From Terriglobia bacterium (GTDB lineage: Bacteria > Acidobacteriota > Terriglobia > 20CM-2-55-15), in NCBI GenBank assembly GCA_963664115.2, contig CAXWPJ010000009.1:1088001-1152000 (forward strand): a DNA stretch of 64,000 nt, in the 5' to 3' direction. Numbering within the stretch: position 1 is the stretch's first letter; every line of letters begins with the position of its first letter. Shown here one piece after another: positions 49,356 to 58,548 of this stretch. A program made the position numbers and the translations under genes. The notes under the pieces were generated by a model that saw only the letters and a list, made by a program, of their open reading frames with translations, had not been told where the DNA came from and did not search any database.

Positions 49356-51230
49356 CTAGCCTCGAGCTCCGGCTACAGAATATTCGGGGTACGAGGTCGA
49401 ATCGGCGAGCAAGCCGGTTCGAGCAACCTCGACGTCGAGTATGTAGGGTCTCCCTTCCCGAGCCGTTCGAATCGCCCGAGCGATGGCCGGTTCCAGTTGA
49501 TCCGGGTTCAGGATGCGCTCTCCTCGGATTCCGTAAGCCTGACCAATGTGTGTAAAGTCTATGTCGGGACTCCCCAGATAACAGATCATGTCTCTGTTTT
49601 CCTGGGCTGCACGTCCACCCCGGGCCTGCATCTGGTTGCGGGGCTCGTCATAGCTGTGGTTGTTGCCAATGACGGTAATAACGGGGACATCGTACCGCGA
49701 CATGGACCACAGAGCATCGGATTGCCCGAAAAGGAACCCTCCGTCGCCCTGTAGAGAGATCACTTGCCGGTTGGGGTTCGCTAACTGGACACCGATCGAG
49801 GCCCCGACACCCCAACCCAATGACCGTCCCGCCGTGCGTCCGATTCTGGTTTTTTTGCCATCGGCGAAAGGGAAGGCTCTGAGCACCCAGTCTTCGGTGC
49901 CCACCTCGGTGACAACAAAAGCATCCTCATCGATCATCTGGTTGAGCGTGAGCAACAGGCGCGGCCAGCTCACGGGAACCTGATCCCAAACCCCGTCTGC
50001 CCCCGCTGTCAGCGCCGTTCTCCGTCCTGCGGCTGCCTGAAGGAGTGCCGGTCCTCTGTCGTTGCGGATCCGGGCCAGCCTTTCGGGCGTTGCGACGGCT
50101 TTCACGGCATCAATCAACGCCCTCGTCGTTTCTCCTACGTCGGCCACAATAGAAAGGTCTGTCGGAGAATAGCCACCGATAAAACGGGTGTCCATGCTCC
50201 CATGAATGATTTTGGCTCCACTCGGAGTATCCGGCATGTGGGCACCCAGATTGAGAAACAGATCGATGTTGGGCGGATGGCGCATGGGCTCATAGTACTG
50301 TCCCAGAAAGTGGGGATGGTCCGTGGGAAAGTCAGCGCCCCAGCTGCGCGCCTGCGTGGCGGGAATCGCCAGCAACTCAGACAGCTCCACCACGTCGGCA
50401 CGGGCCCCGGTGGTCCACACTTCATTGGACAGGTAGAGAATCGGGCTGCTCGATTCGACAAGCAACTCCGCAGCCTGCTCGATCACCTGGGGGTTTGGTG
50501 CAACGTTGATTGGAACATTGATGCTCTGCTTCGGAAAAATTCCCGTTTCGATGTCTGTTCTGTAAAGAAGATTTCTGGGAACCCGGATCATCGTCGGGCC
50601 GCCTGGTGCAACCGTGGAGACCTTGAAGCTCTTTGCCAGCCATTCCGGAATCCGTGAGGGCTCGGAGACCAGCCAGCGCCATTTTGTATACTGCGCGAAA
50701 GGCGTCAGCCAATCCTCCAGGTCCTCGTGAACATCACGTCCCTGAGATCTGGTATCCGCGTGATCGGTAAAGATGACGACAGGCGTCCGGTCCTTCATCG
50801 CGTTGTACATATTGGCGCTGGCCAGGGGCGCACCCACGCGACTGAAGGTGGCGAAGGCCACCTCGCCACTGGCCTTGGCATAACCGTCCGCAATGGCCAT
50901 GGTCTGATGTTCTGAGACAGCCTGAATGAACTGCATTTCCGGACGGTCGACCAAGGCATCGGCCAGCGGGCCCATTCCTGAACTATTACAAACGAATATG
51001 AAACGGGTGCCAAACTCCTTGAGCTGTTCGGCCAACAAAGCCCCGCCGTCCCCTTGAAAAGGAAGCAACTGAGCGGGAGCTGGCGCCGCAGAACCGGGAT
51101 TCACTATCGGTTCCAGAGAACCCAGGGCGGAGCGGGCCGCTGCCAGGCTGATTCCGGCCGCTGTCACGCTCCGCACAAAATCGCGGCGGGAAATTTCTCC
51201 AGCAAGGTAATCTCTTACGTTTTCGCGCAT
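49356..51230 (-). CDS. ThDP-dependent enzyme with Tat signal
   Basis: ISRRDFVR; E...AIADGYAK; LGWGVGASIG, GDGG...NNHSY. Confidence 0.88.
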   Translation of the reverse strand: MRENVRDYLAGEISRRDFVRSVTAAGISLAAARSALGSLEPIVNPGSAAPAPAQLLPFQGDGGALLAEQLKEFGTRFIFVCNSSGMGPLADALVDRPEMQFIQAVSEHQTMAIADGYAKASGEVAFATFSRVGAPLASANMYNAMKDRTPVVIFTDHADTRSQGRDVHEDLEDWLTPFAQYTKWRWLVSEPSRIPEWLAKSFKVSTVAPGGPTMIRVPRNLLYRTDIETGIFPKQSINVPINVAPNPQVIEQAAELLVESSSPILYLSNEVWTTGARADVVELSELLAIPATQARSWGADFPTDHPHFLGQYYEPMRHPPNIDLFLNLGAHMPDTPSGAKIIHGSMDTRFIGGYSPTDLSIVADVGETTRALIDAVKAVATPERLARIRNDRGPALLQAAAGRRTALTAGADGVWDQVPVSWPRLLLTLNQMIDEDAFVVTEVGTEDWVLRAFPFADGKKTRIGRTAGRSLGWGVGASIGVQLANPNRQVISLQGDGGFLFGQSDALWSMSRYDVPVITVIGNNHSYDEPRNQMQARGGRAAQENRDMICYLGSPDIDFTHIGQAYGIRGERILNPDQLEPAIARAIRTAREGRPYILDVEVARTGLLADSTSYPEYSVAGARG

Positions 51231-51289
51231 GATGCTTTCCTAGTAGGGTGATTGTTTCTGGACAGGGAAGTTGTTCCCGACCGTAACTC

Positions 51290-51880
51290 CTAAGGTGCGA
51301 CCGACGTCGTCAAGTAGTCGATCACGGTTTCGGGCTCACTCCCGCTCAATGGGCTGCCCAGACGGACCATTTCCTCAACAATGCGTCGCCAATCGGCACC
51401 ATTCTGACGTGCCGCAAAGATCGGACTGAGATCGTGGCACCCCGCACATGCCTCGGCGACCAGAGTTTTTCCGGGTCCCTCAGGCAGCGCGGCAATTTCG
51501 TTGACTGAAGTGGCCGCAGACGACGGTGTCAGGTTCCGGCCAAAATCCGAGACCAGGTATTCCTGAATGATTTCTGCTTCGCCCGGGAGCAAGGGAGCAC
51601 CTCGCCACATCATCAGGACAATGCTTTCCCGCCAGGATTCTGCCGTCTTCTGCTGCCTGAAAATCAACTCCAGGCCATGGCATTGCACACAGGCTTCTTC
51701 GAGGACGCGGAGTCCGTCGGGCCTCGATTCCTGTGCAGGATTGGTCCCGCGCAGGAAAGGGGGTTTCTTTGCCGAGGAGACAGACTCGGAGACAGACTCA
51801 TAGAAATGGCCGCTCGCGGCCAGAACCAGTCCCACGGACAGGCACGTTTTGATCATCCGCGTCCAGTTCTGCATTTTCAT
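51290..51880 (-). CDS. Diheme cytochrome c
   Basis: CVQCH and CAGCH, each followed by W..iv..M..G; start uncertain. Confidence 0.85.
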   Translation of the reverse strand: MKMQNWTRMIKTCLSVGLVLAASGHFYESVSESVSSAKKPPFLRGTNPAQESRPDGLRVLEEACVQCHGLELIFRQQKTAESWRESIVLMMWRGAPLLPGEAEIIQEYLVSDFGRNLTPSSAATSVNEIAALPEGPGKTLVAEACAGCHDLSPIFAARQNGADWRRIVEEMVRLGSPLSGSEPETVIDYLTTSVAP

Positions 51881-52130
51881 TTCAACGACCTGAGGCTCCC
51901 CGCCCGCGTTTTCACCGTTACGGTTCTCGAGGGCGACATGCGGACTCGGTAAGCACCAAGAGCGCACCCGCCGCGCTGCCTATGCAGACGTGTCAGACAC
52001 AGGTTGAGTGAGGTTTGTGTCACAGCAAATGAATTCTACTGGATCAATCAATCCCAGGGAAGGGAAAGTGGCCGCCAGTGCGTTGACATCGGTTGGCGTC
52101 GTATGGTTCTCTAACGCGGTAGAGGCAACG

Positions 52131-52715
52131 ATGGTAACAACAGCGCGCTTTATCAGACTGGCTCCGGCCGTGTGGATTCTGTGTGTGTCGGGGCTTGGCT
52201 TCTCACAAGGCTGGAGATCGTATGTCGATCGGGCAGAACGGTTCAGCGTCAATATCCCCGCCGAACCCAGGGTAGAGGACATTTCCTACATGGGGGAGCG
52301 CGGCGGCACTTACCCGGCGCGTGTCTATACCACCGATCAAGGTCCAAACCGCTACTCGGTCACCGTGGTCCACTATGTCGACGCCCCGCCAACGGTTGTG
52401 CGGGGATCGATCGCCCACGCGGCGTGGAATGTGCGACAGAGGGGCGGTGAGGTCACATACGACGCCTACGCTCAAGTCGACCGCATTGAAGGACACCAGC
52501 TGCAGATCACGAACGAGGATGCGAGCCGCACCTACGTTGCAATCCATCTGCACGAGGGCCGTCTTTACATACTGGAAGCGAGAGTACCTCCAGCTTCGCC
52601 GCCGCCGGTGCAGTTCCAGCAATCACTGGTCATCCTCGACGCAGAGGGAGACAGAATCCGATATGCTGTCGACGAATTTGGGAACAGAACCGTCCGCGTC
52701 CCTCCCGACGACTAG
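52131..52715 (+). CDS. Secreted hypothetical protein, DUF6152 partner family B
   Basis: SQGWRSYV.R.ERFSVN.PAEP, RLYILE, P.QFQQS. Confidence 0.82.
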   Translation: MVTTARFIRLAPAVWILCVSGLGFSQGWRSYVDRAERFSVNIPAEPRVEDISYMGERGGTYPARVYTTDQGPNRYSVTVVHYVDAPPTVVRGSIAHAAWNVRQRGGEVTYDAYAQVDRIEGHQLQITNEDASRTYVAIHLHEGRLYILEARVPPASPPPVQFQQSLVILDAEGDRIRYAVDEFGNRTVRVPPDD

Positions 52716-52760
52716 ACACGCGGGTGGCGGTATTCTTTATTCGATCTTTAGGAGAGTGAG

Positions 52761-53138
52761 ATGAGGTCAAAAACCTTCTGTTTTGCCGCCACGATCGCGG
52801 CTGCCCTGGTCATGTCCGGGCCTGCCTGGGGCCACCATTCGCACTCCAACTATGACCAGACCAAGTTCCTCAACATGGACGGAACCGTGACGGATGTCTC
52901 CTGGATCAATCCACACGTCTGGGTTTACATGGAAGTAATCGATGCCCAAGGTCAGCCGAAAATGTGGGTTCTTGAAGGCGGCGGTATCCGTCCGCTGATC
53001 CAGAAGGGCTGGACACGCGACAGCCTCAAAGCGGGTGACGAAATTTCCGTGCGATGTCATCAACTGAGAGATGGCTCCGAAGGCTGTCTTCTGGGGTTTG
53101 TGAAAACTGCGGACGGAGTTGAAAAGGAGTTCGACTAG
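52761..53138 (+). CDS. DUF6152 family secreted protein
   Basis: GHHSHSNYD, WINPHVW, WVLEGG, C..LRDG..GCLLGF, KEFD. Confidence 0.88.
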   Translation: MRSKTFCFAATIAAALVMSGPAWGHHSHSNYDQTKFLNMDGTVTDVSWINPHVWVYMEVIDAQGQPKMWVLEGGGIRPLIQKGWTRDSLKAGDEISVRCHQLRDGSEGCLLGFVKTADGVEKEFD

Positions 53139-53364
53139 GCGATCCCAATTTTGGGGTTCGAACACTCTTGGTACCGGACAAGCGTTGCTTGTCCTCGAAA
53201 CGGCAATCTTGCCCGGGGCGTGATCCGGCTTGGGCGGGCATCCTTCCTTCCCACCGCGTGCGCGCGGGTCCTCCATTGATCGTTAGAACGCGCTCCAAAT
53301 AGCCGTAAAATAACCTTCCATGATGAGCACATCGCTATCATCAACGCGGGCGCCGGCCCTGCCA

Positions 53365-53378
53365 TTCAAGTCCTGAGA
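53365..53378 (+). repeat. Left half of palindrome
   Basis: TTCAAGTCCTGAGA, 8 bp before the EutA-like start. Confidence 0.5.
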
Positions 53379-53386
53379 CAGAGAGA

Positions 53387-54988
53387 GTGCACTTCGATCA
53401 TCACCATCCCGACCTGGACCACGTTCCCGAAGACCAGCACCTCGGCCCTGAATACGACGGCCCGATCGAGGATCACCCTTTGTGGCAGCGGGAAAACGTA
53501 TCCCTCACAAGCGTCGGTGTTGATATCGGTTCAGCGGGCACGCAGATTCTGTTCTCACGCATGCACCTGCGCCGCCAGGCGGTCGATCTCTCGAGCCGTT
53601 ACCTGGTGGTTTCGCGTGAGACCTGGTACGAGTCTCCGGTTCGACTGACGCCCTACAGGAGTGAAACGCTAATCGACGCTCGAGCCCTTGGGGCCATCGT
53701 CGATGCCGCGTATCAGGCAGCACGAGTGCATCCCGACGATATCGACACAGGCGTTGTCATTCTGACCGGGGAAGCCCTCAGGCGCGAGAACTCGGAGCGC
53801 ATTGCCGGCATTCTCTCAGAAAAGTGTGGGGAACTGGTCTGTGCGACCGCCGGCCATCATATGGAAGCGATGCTCGCTGCGCATGGCTCAGGCGCGGTTC
53901 AGGCTTCGTATGATCGCAACGAGTGTGTGCTCAACATCGACATCGGAGGCGGCACAACGAAGCTCAGCGTGATCGATAAAGGCCGGGTCGTGGCCACTGC
54001 CGCGATCCACATCGGCGGACGCTTACTGGTGCGCGGGGGCGACGGGCGGCTCGCCCGCCTGGACCCTGCCGGGAAAACTCACGCCGCACGTGCGGGATTT
54101 TCCTGGCGCGTTGGCGATGGGGTGAGCGACGGACAGCTCGACGCGGTCGCGGAATTCATGGCTGATGCTCTCGTCGCGGCACTGACTGCGCCGACGCTGC
54201 CCCCCGATGTAGGGGACCTTTACCTGACCGACCCGATTACAGGTTTGGAGAATGTTGCCACCGTCGTCTTCTCAGGTGGTGTCGCCGAGTTCATATATCA
54301 GCGCGAGGACCGCGATTTCGACGACCTCGGGAAACGTCTGGGCGAGGCGCTCCGCGCCCGCGTCGATTCCGGTGAGCTGCCCTGGTATTTCTTACCCGAC
54401 AGTCACGGCATCCGCTCGACCGCCCTCGGTGCCTCGGAGTTCACGGCTCAATTGAGCGGCAATACGGGTTATATCAGTGATCCGGGTAGCCTTCTGCCTC
54501 GACGCAACATACAGGTCGTGCGGCCCGATTTCGATTTTGCGGGGGAATTCGATTCAGGCAGTCTTGCCGAAGCGATTCGCCTGCACATGAAGCGATTCGA
54601 CGTCGACGACTCCGAGGCCGACGTTGTCCTGGCCTTCCATTGGCAGGGCGTCCCCGAGTTCCGTCGTATCGCAGCGCTTGCGGCGGGCATTTGCGGTGGC
54701 ATGGCCGAGCGCATCGCCGGAGGGAAGCCCATCTATGTAGTTCTCGATGCCGATATAGCGATGAATCTCGGTGCCATCCTCCGGGAGGACCTTGCGATCG
54801 ACAATGAGGTCTGCGTCATCGATGGTATCGCGCTCTGGGATTTCGACTATATCGACCTGGGCAGGATGCGACTGCCCTCGGGTACCGTACCCGTTGCGAT
54901 AAAATCGCTGGTGTTCCATGACGTCGTCGGGGGACCGCACCCCCACCAGAGGGTTCACCACAAACCACAACACACATCGGAGAGCTGA
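53387..54988 (+). CDS. EutA-like reactivating factor (ASKHA ATPase fold)
   Basis: SVGVDIGS..TQ..FS, DTG.VILTGE, ATAG..MEA.LAA.GSGA, NIDIGGGTT, DYIDLG, VP.AIKSL. Confidence 0.88.
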   Translation: MHFDHHHPDLDHVPEDQHLGPEYDGPIEDHPLWQRENVSLTSVGVDIGSAGTQILFSRMHLRRQAVDLSSRYLVVSRETWYESPVRLTPYRSETLIDARALGAIVDAAYQAARVHPDDIDTGVVILTGEALRRENSERIAGILSEKCGELVCATAGHHMEAMLAAHGSGAVQASYDRNECVLNIDIGGGTTKLSVIDKGRVVATAAIHIGGRLLVRGGDGRLARLDPAGKTHAARAGFSWRVGDGVSDGQLDAVAEFMADALVAALTAPTLPPDVGDLYLTDPITGLENVATVVFSGGVAEFIYQREDRDFDDLGKRLGEALRARVDSGELPWYFLPDSHGIRSTALGASEFTAQLSGNTGYISDPGSLLPRRNIQVVRPDFDFAGEFDSGSLAEAIRLHMKRFDVDDSEADVVLAFHWQGVPEFRRIAALAAGICGGMAERIAGGKPIYVVLDADIAMNLGAILREDLAIDNEVCVIDGIALWDFDYIDLGRMRLPSGTVPVAIKSLVFHDVVGGPHPHQRVHHKPQHTSES

Positions 54989-54989
54989 G

Positions 54990-55934
54990 ATGTTTGCACC
55001 GGTGCTCAAGACTGTAACCCGCACGCAGGGAAATAACGCCGCCCTGAAAGATGGCACGGTCACGCCGAAGGGCTGCGTTCTGGATTTCGAGGAAGTGCCC
55101 GTGCTGGTTCATGCATTTCGCCGCATGGTGCGTGGACTGGAATTTGACGTCTGTGAAATGGCCCTGACCACCTATCTTTGTGCTCGCGAGCACGGCGTTC
55201 GTTTTACCGCATTGCCGATCTTTCTGGTTCGAGCGTTTCACCACGGCGCGATCCTTCACAACTTGAGTTTCCCTGTAGGCGATCCCCGGGAGCTGGAGGG
55301 AAGGCGAGTCGGAATAAACCGGGGGTATACGGTGACCACCGGCGTCTGGGCTCGGGCGGTCCTCGAGGAAGAGTACGGCGTCGATCTAAGCAAGGTGAGC
55401 TGGGTTGTGTCAGGTGACGAACATGTCACAGCCTATGTGCCGCCCGGGAACGTAGTCCCTATGGAACCCGGCCAGACGCTTGAGGCAATGCTCGCCACGG
55501 GGGAACTGGCCGCAGCGATCGGCCTGAAGACCGATCTTGCCCAGATTCAGCCACTGATCCCGAACGCACTGGACGCGGGCATCGCCGCGTTTGAACGCGC
55601 GGGGCACTATCCGATCAACCACCTTGTGGTTGTTCGGGATGATGTGCTTGAGTCGTATCCGGAGGTCGCCGTGGCGTTGTTAAACGCTTTTGCCGAGGCA
55701 AAGAGCGTCTATCTGGAGCGGCTCAAGCAAGGAAGAATCGAAAACCCCACAGAGATGGACGCATTTCACGCCCGGATGATGGAAATCGCAGGTGACCCGC
55801 TGCCCTACGGAATCGCAGCGAACCGTGGTGTGCTGGAGAGCCTGATCAGCCACGCATCGGCGCAGAAGATTCTGAAGAAGCCGGTGGAGCTTGAAGAGCT
55901 ATTTGCAGAAGAGACACGTGGATTGAGTGCGTGA
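54990..55934 (+). CDS. 4,5-dihydroxyphthalate decarboxylase-like / SBP-fold protein
   Basis: FRRMVR.LEFDVCEM, LPIF..R.FHH, Y.VT.GVW.R, YPINHLVV, PYG..ANR. Confidence 0.8.
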   Translation: MFAPVLKTVTRTQGNNAALKDGTVTPKGCVLDFEEVPVLVHAFRRMVRGLEFDVCEMALTTYLCAREHGVRFTALPIFLVRAFHHGAILHNLSFPVGDPRELEGRRVGINRGYTVTTGVWARAVLEEEYGVDLSKVSWVVSGDEHVTAYVPPGNVVPMEPGQTLEAMLATGELAAAIGLKTDLAQIQPLIPNALDAGIAAFERAGHYPINHLVVVRDDVLESYPEVAVALLNAFAEAKSVYLERLKQGRIENPTEMDAFHARMMEIAGDPLPYGIAANRGVLESLISHASAQKILKKPVELEELFAEETRGLSA

Positions 55935-56061
55935 TTTCAGCATCCTCCCCATCTTGAACGTTTTTCGAACTCTGCAAATCGGTTTTCACCTCTCGCTATA
56001 TTGCGAGACTGCAGTTTTTACGCCTAAGTTACTGATTTTAATTTCTATTCTAGGAACTGAA

Positions 56062-56294
56062 TTCTCAACGTCCGACAATGTTTCTCAGGACTTGAGAATT
56101 TAATAGCGCCTAACCCACTCCTCTAGTATCTTTTACGGAGTTTTTCACGGTTCAATCAGCAACACACTTTAGACATGGAATCCGGCACCCAACTCGGGCA
56201 CTACGAAATCCTCTCAGCCATCGGCAAAGGCGGCATAGAGTGAGGTGTGGGTCTTGATGGCAATTTTCCGGCTGGGCTTGGTGTCCCGCGCACG
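56062..56294 (+). repeat. Inverted palindrome, promoter and kinase 5' stub with internal 45-bp inversion
   Basis: Palindrome 56062-56098; MESGTQLGHYEILSAIGKGG from 56175; 56250-56294 reads RARDTKPSRKIAIKT on minus strand. Confidence 0.88.
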
Positions 56295-56404
56295 GTGTGC
56301 ATCAGAGGAGGGCGAATAATACGCGGAGCCGGCCCGGATAGGCTTACTTCCGAACTGGCGTACGGCTAGCGATCCCGACACCATTCATAGGGCACAGAGA
56401 CGGT

Positions 56405-56848
56405 TTACTCGACGTCTTCGAAAAAACCGCTCGCAGTGAGCTTCACCACGATGTCCCTGTCGCTGCGGTTGTTGAGGTACCAGCCATGTATTCCGTCAAA
56501 CGGCGCCTTCAGCGTGCCGCTTTCGCGGCCTTCGTTGTGCACCTTGTAGAACATCAGGTCGCCCTGGCCGTCAACGGGTTCGGTATGACCGTGGAATTCC
56601 ACGTCCAGCAGAGCCGGGTCCGTCACGTCGGACGTCCAGGAATACATCATGAAATCGCCGGCCTTCATGCTCAGTTTGAACTCCAGGCCTACGCCCGTCG
56701 GGATCAGGATTTCATAATCGCTCTGCTTGTAGGGAGTGGTGGCATCAGAAAAGGTGCCGGGGCTTAGGGGCATGTCGTTCCATTGAACCTGGGCCACGCC
56801 TGTAACTGAAAAGATGCAAATTACGAGGGGAACAATCAGTTTTCTCAT
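56405..56848 (-). CDS. Secreted hypothetical protein with FHGH and HGWY motifs (possible metal binding)
   Basis: Signal peptide; AAGGAG RBS; LEFKL.M, EFHGH, APFDGIHGWYLNN. Confidence 0.75.
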   Translation of the reverse strand: MRKLIVPLVICIFSVTGVAQVQWNDMPLSPGTFSDATTPYKQSDYEILIPTGVGLEFKLSMKAGDFMMYSWTSDVTDPALLDVEFHGHTEPVDGQGDLMFYKVHNEGRESGTLKAPFDGIHGWYLNNRSDRDIVVKLTASGFFEDVE

Positions 56849-57117
56849 ACCGGACTCCTTACATGTTGCCTGTTGACGAGTGCGCCATATTACCAACGAT
56901 GCGTCGTAGCCGGGAAGGAATTTCGTCACGGCAGCGTCGTCAGACCCTGCTCATTCCGCTTATCCGCGCGCGCGTCCGCATTACCCCAGAATCCAGACAT
57001 TGGCGCCGCACTGCAATATCTCTAGCTTGTTCCAATTACGGATGAGATACGCTCAAACGTTTGCCGGCCTTGTGATACATTCGGTGTCAGCCCTTCTCGA
57101 ATTGAGGAATAACGAAA

Positions 57118-57880
57118 ATGTCGATTGAGAGACTTCGGCGATTTTGCCGTCTTAGAACGCTCATGGCGTATTCGATCCTATGGTTGTTGCCGGTCGCCTT
57201 AGCGGCGCAGGATGCTAGCGATCCCTCCACTCTTTCTCCGGGATTTCATCGTCTGACTTTGCCGCGTGCGGATGGGCCCGTAATCAACTACGCGATCCTC
57301 GTTCCGGATAGCTATTCTCCCTCGACGCCCGTCCCTCTCATTCTTGCATTGCACTTCGGAGGAAACCCGACAGGCGCGGGTGCGAGCGTACTGCAAATTC
57401 TGATTGGTCCGGCGCTTAGCGAACTCGGCGCCATTATCGTCGCGCCGGATTCGGTGGGAGGCAATTGGACCACCCCCGACCACCCCCGAAAACGAGGTCG
57501 CTGTGAACGCGTTGCTCGACACGGTCTTGGACCATTATGCAATCGACGAGGAAAAGATTGCAGTTACCGGCTTCAGCATGGGCGGCGCAGGCTCCTGGCA
57601 TTTTGCGCAGAGTTTCCCGGAACGCTTCAGCGCGGCAATTCCTATCGCCGGCAGACCGCCGGCATCAGCCGCCGGGTGGCAGCTTCCGGTATTGGCTATT
57701 CATTCCCACGACGACCAAGTTGCACCTTTTGAGCCAACTGAGGCACGAATCGCGGAACTTCAGAACGCCGGTGCGGACGCGACGCTGATCGCGCTTTCCG
57801 GCATCACGCATTACGAAACCCACCGCTTCCAAGATGCATTGCAGCAGGCGGTCCCGTGGTTACGTGAGATTTGGGAGTAA
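57118..57880 (+). pseudogene. Secreted alpha/beta hydrolase, frameshifted by a 10-bp duplication
   Basis: PLILALH; GACCACCCCC x2 at 57468-57487; GFSMGG, D.V.P and H in the second frame. Confidence 0.85.
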
Positions 57881-57972
57881 AGCCTTTAGCAGGATGGCGG
57901 ATAGGCGTTTTAAGCAGGGCCCGACGACTGTGGCAGCAATGAAAACGTCAGAGTAGGGGCGTTATGTAAACC

Positions 57973-58057
57973 TGGCTGTTTGAAGAACTGAAGGAACGGG
58001 TGCCCGTGCCCTGATTTCCGAGTTCAAGTCCTGATAAATCATCTTCTCGGACGTTGA
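57973..58057 (+). repeat. Kinase 3' stub plus palindrome
   Basis: WLFEELKERVPVP* ending 58014; palindrome 58022-58057. Confidence 0.88.
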
Positions 58058-58126
58058 CATGTGGATGTGCCGGGTTCTAATGCGATCCAAGAGAAGTAAA
58101 CTTCGCGTTAAATTGTAATCTAGGGA

Positions 58127-58474
58127 ATGGCCTTCAGTGAATTTGAATCGAAGAAGTATGAGATGGTGGCGCGTCGGTTTGTCGAACGTCTCCGGCCACA
58201 GGCCCAACATCGCAATAAGATCGATCTCAGCAGTAGGGTGAGCGGACAGAGCGTTGAAATATTCGAGATCCATCCTTCGCCGAATGAGCCCGGAAGTAAA
58301 ATCGAGGCGGGCGTCGCAAAGGCTACCTATGTCAAGGCCAATGGCGTGTGGAAGATATATTGGCAGAGAGCCGATCTCCGGTGGCACCGCTATGAACCTG
58401 TCCCGGAAGTTGACAGCCTAGAGGAAGTTCTACAAATTGTTGGTACTGATGAGTACGCGTGTTTCTTCGGTTAG
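58127..58474 (+). CDS. DUF3024 domain protein
   Basis: QSVEIFEI.P, VAKATY, WKIYWQRADLRWHRYEP, D..ACFFG. Confidence 0.85.
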   Translation: MAFSEFESKKYEMVARRFVERLRPQAQHRNKIDLSSRVSGQSVEIFEIHPSPNEPGSKIEAGVAKATYVKANGVWKIYWQRADLRWHRYEPVPEVDSLEEVLQIVGTDEYACFFG

Positions 58475-58548
58475 GAGAACCTGTCAAGCGTGTTTAACGT
58501 CGAAGAGTTTCACTAAGACAGACGTCGTCGTGCTCCCACCCAAAATGA

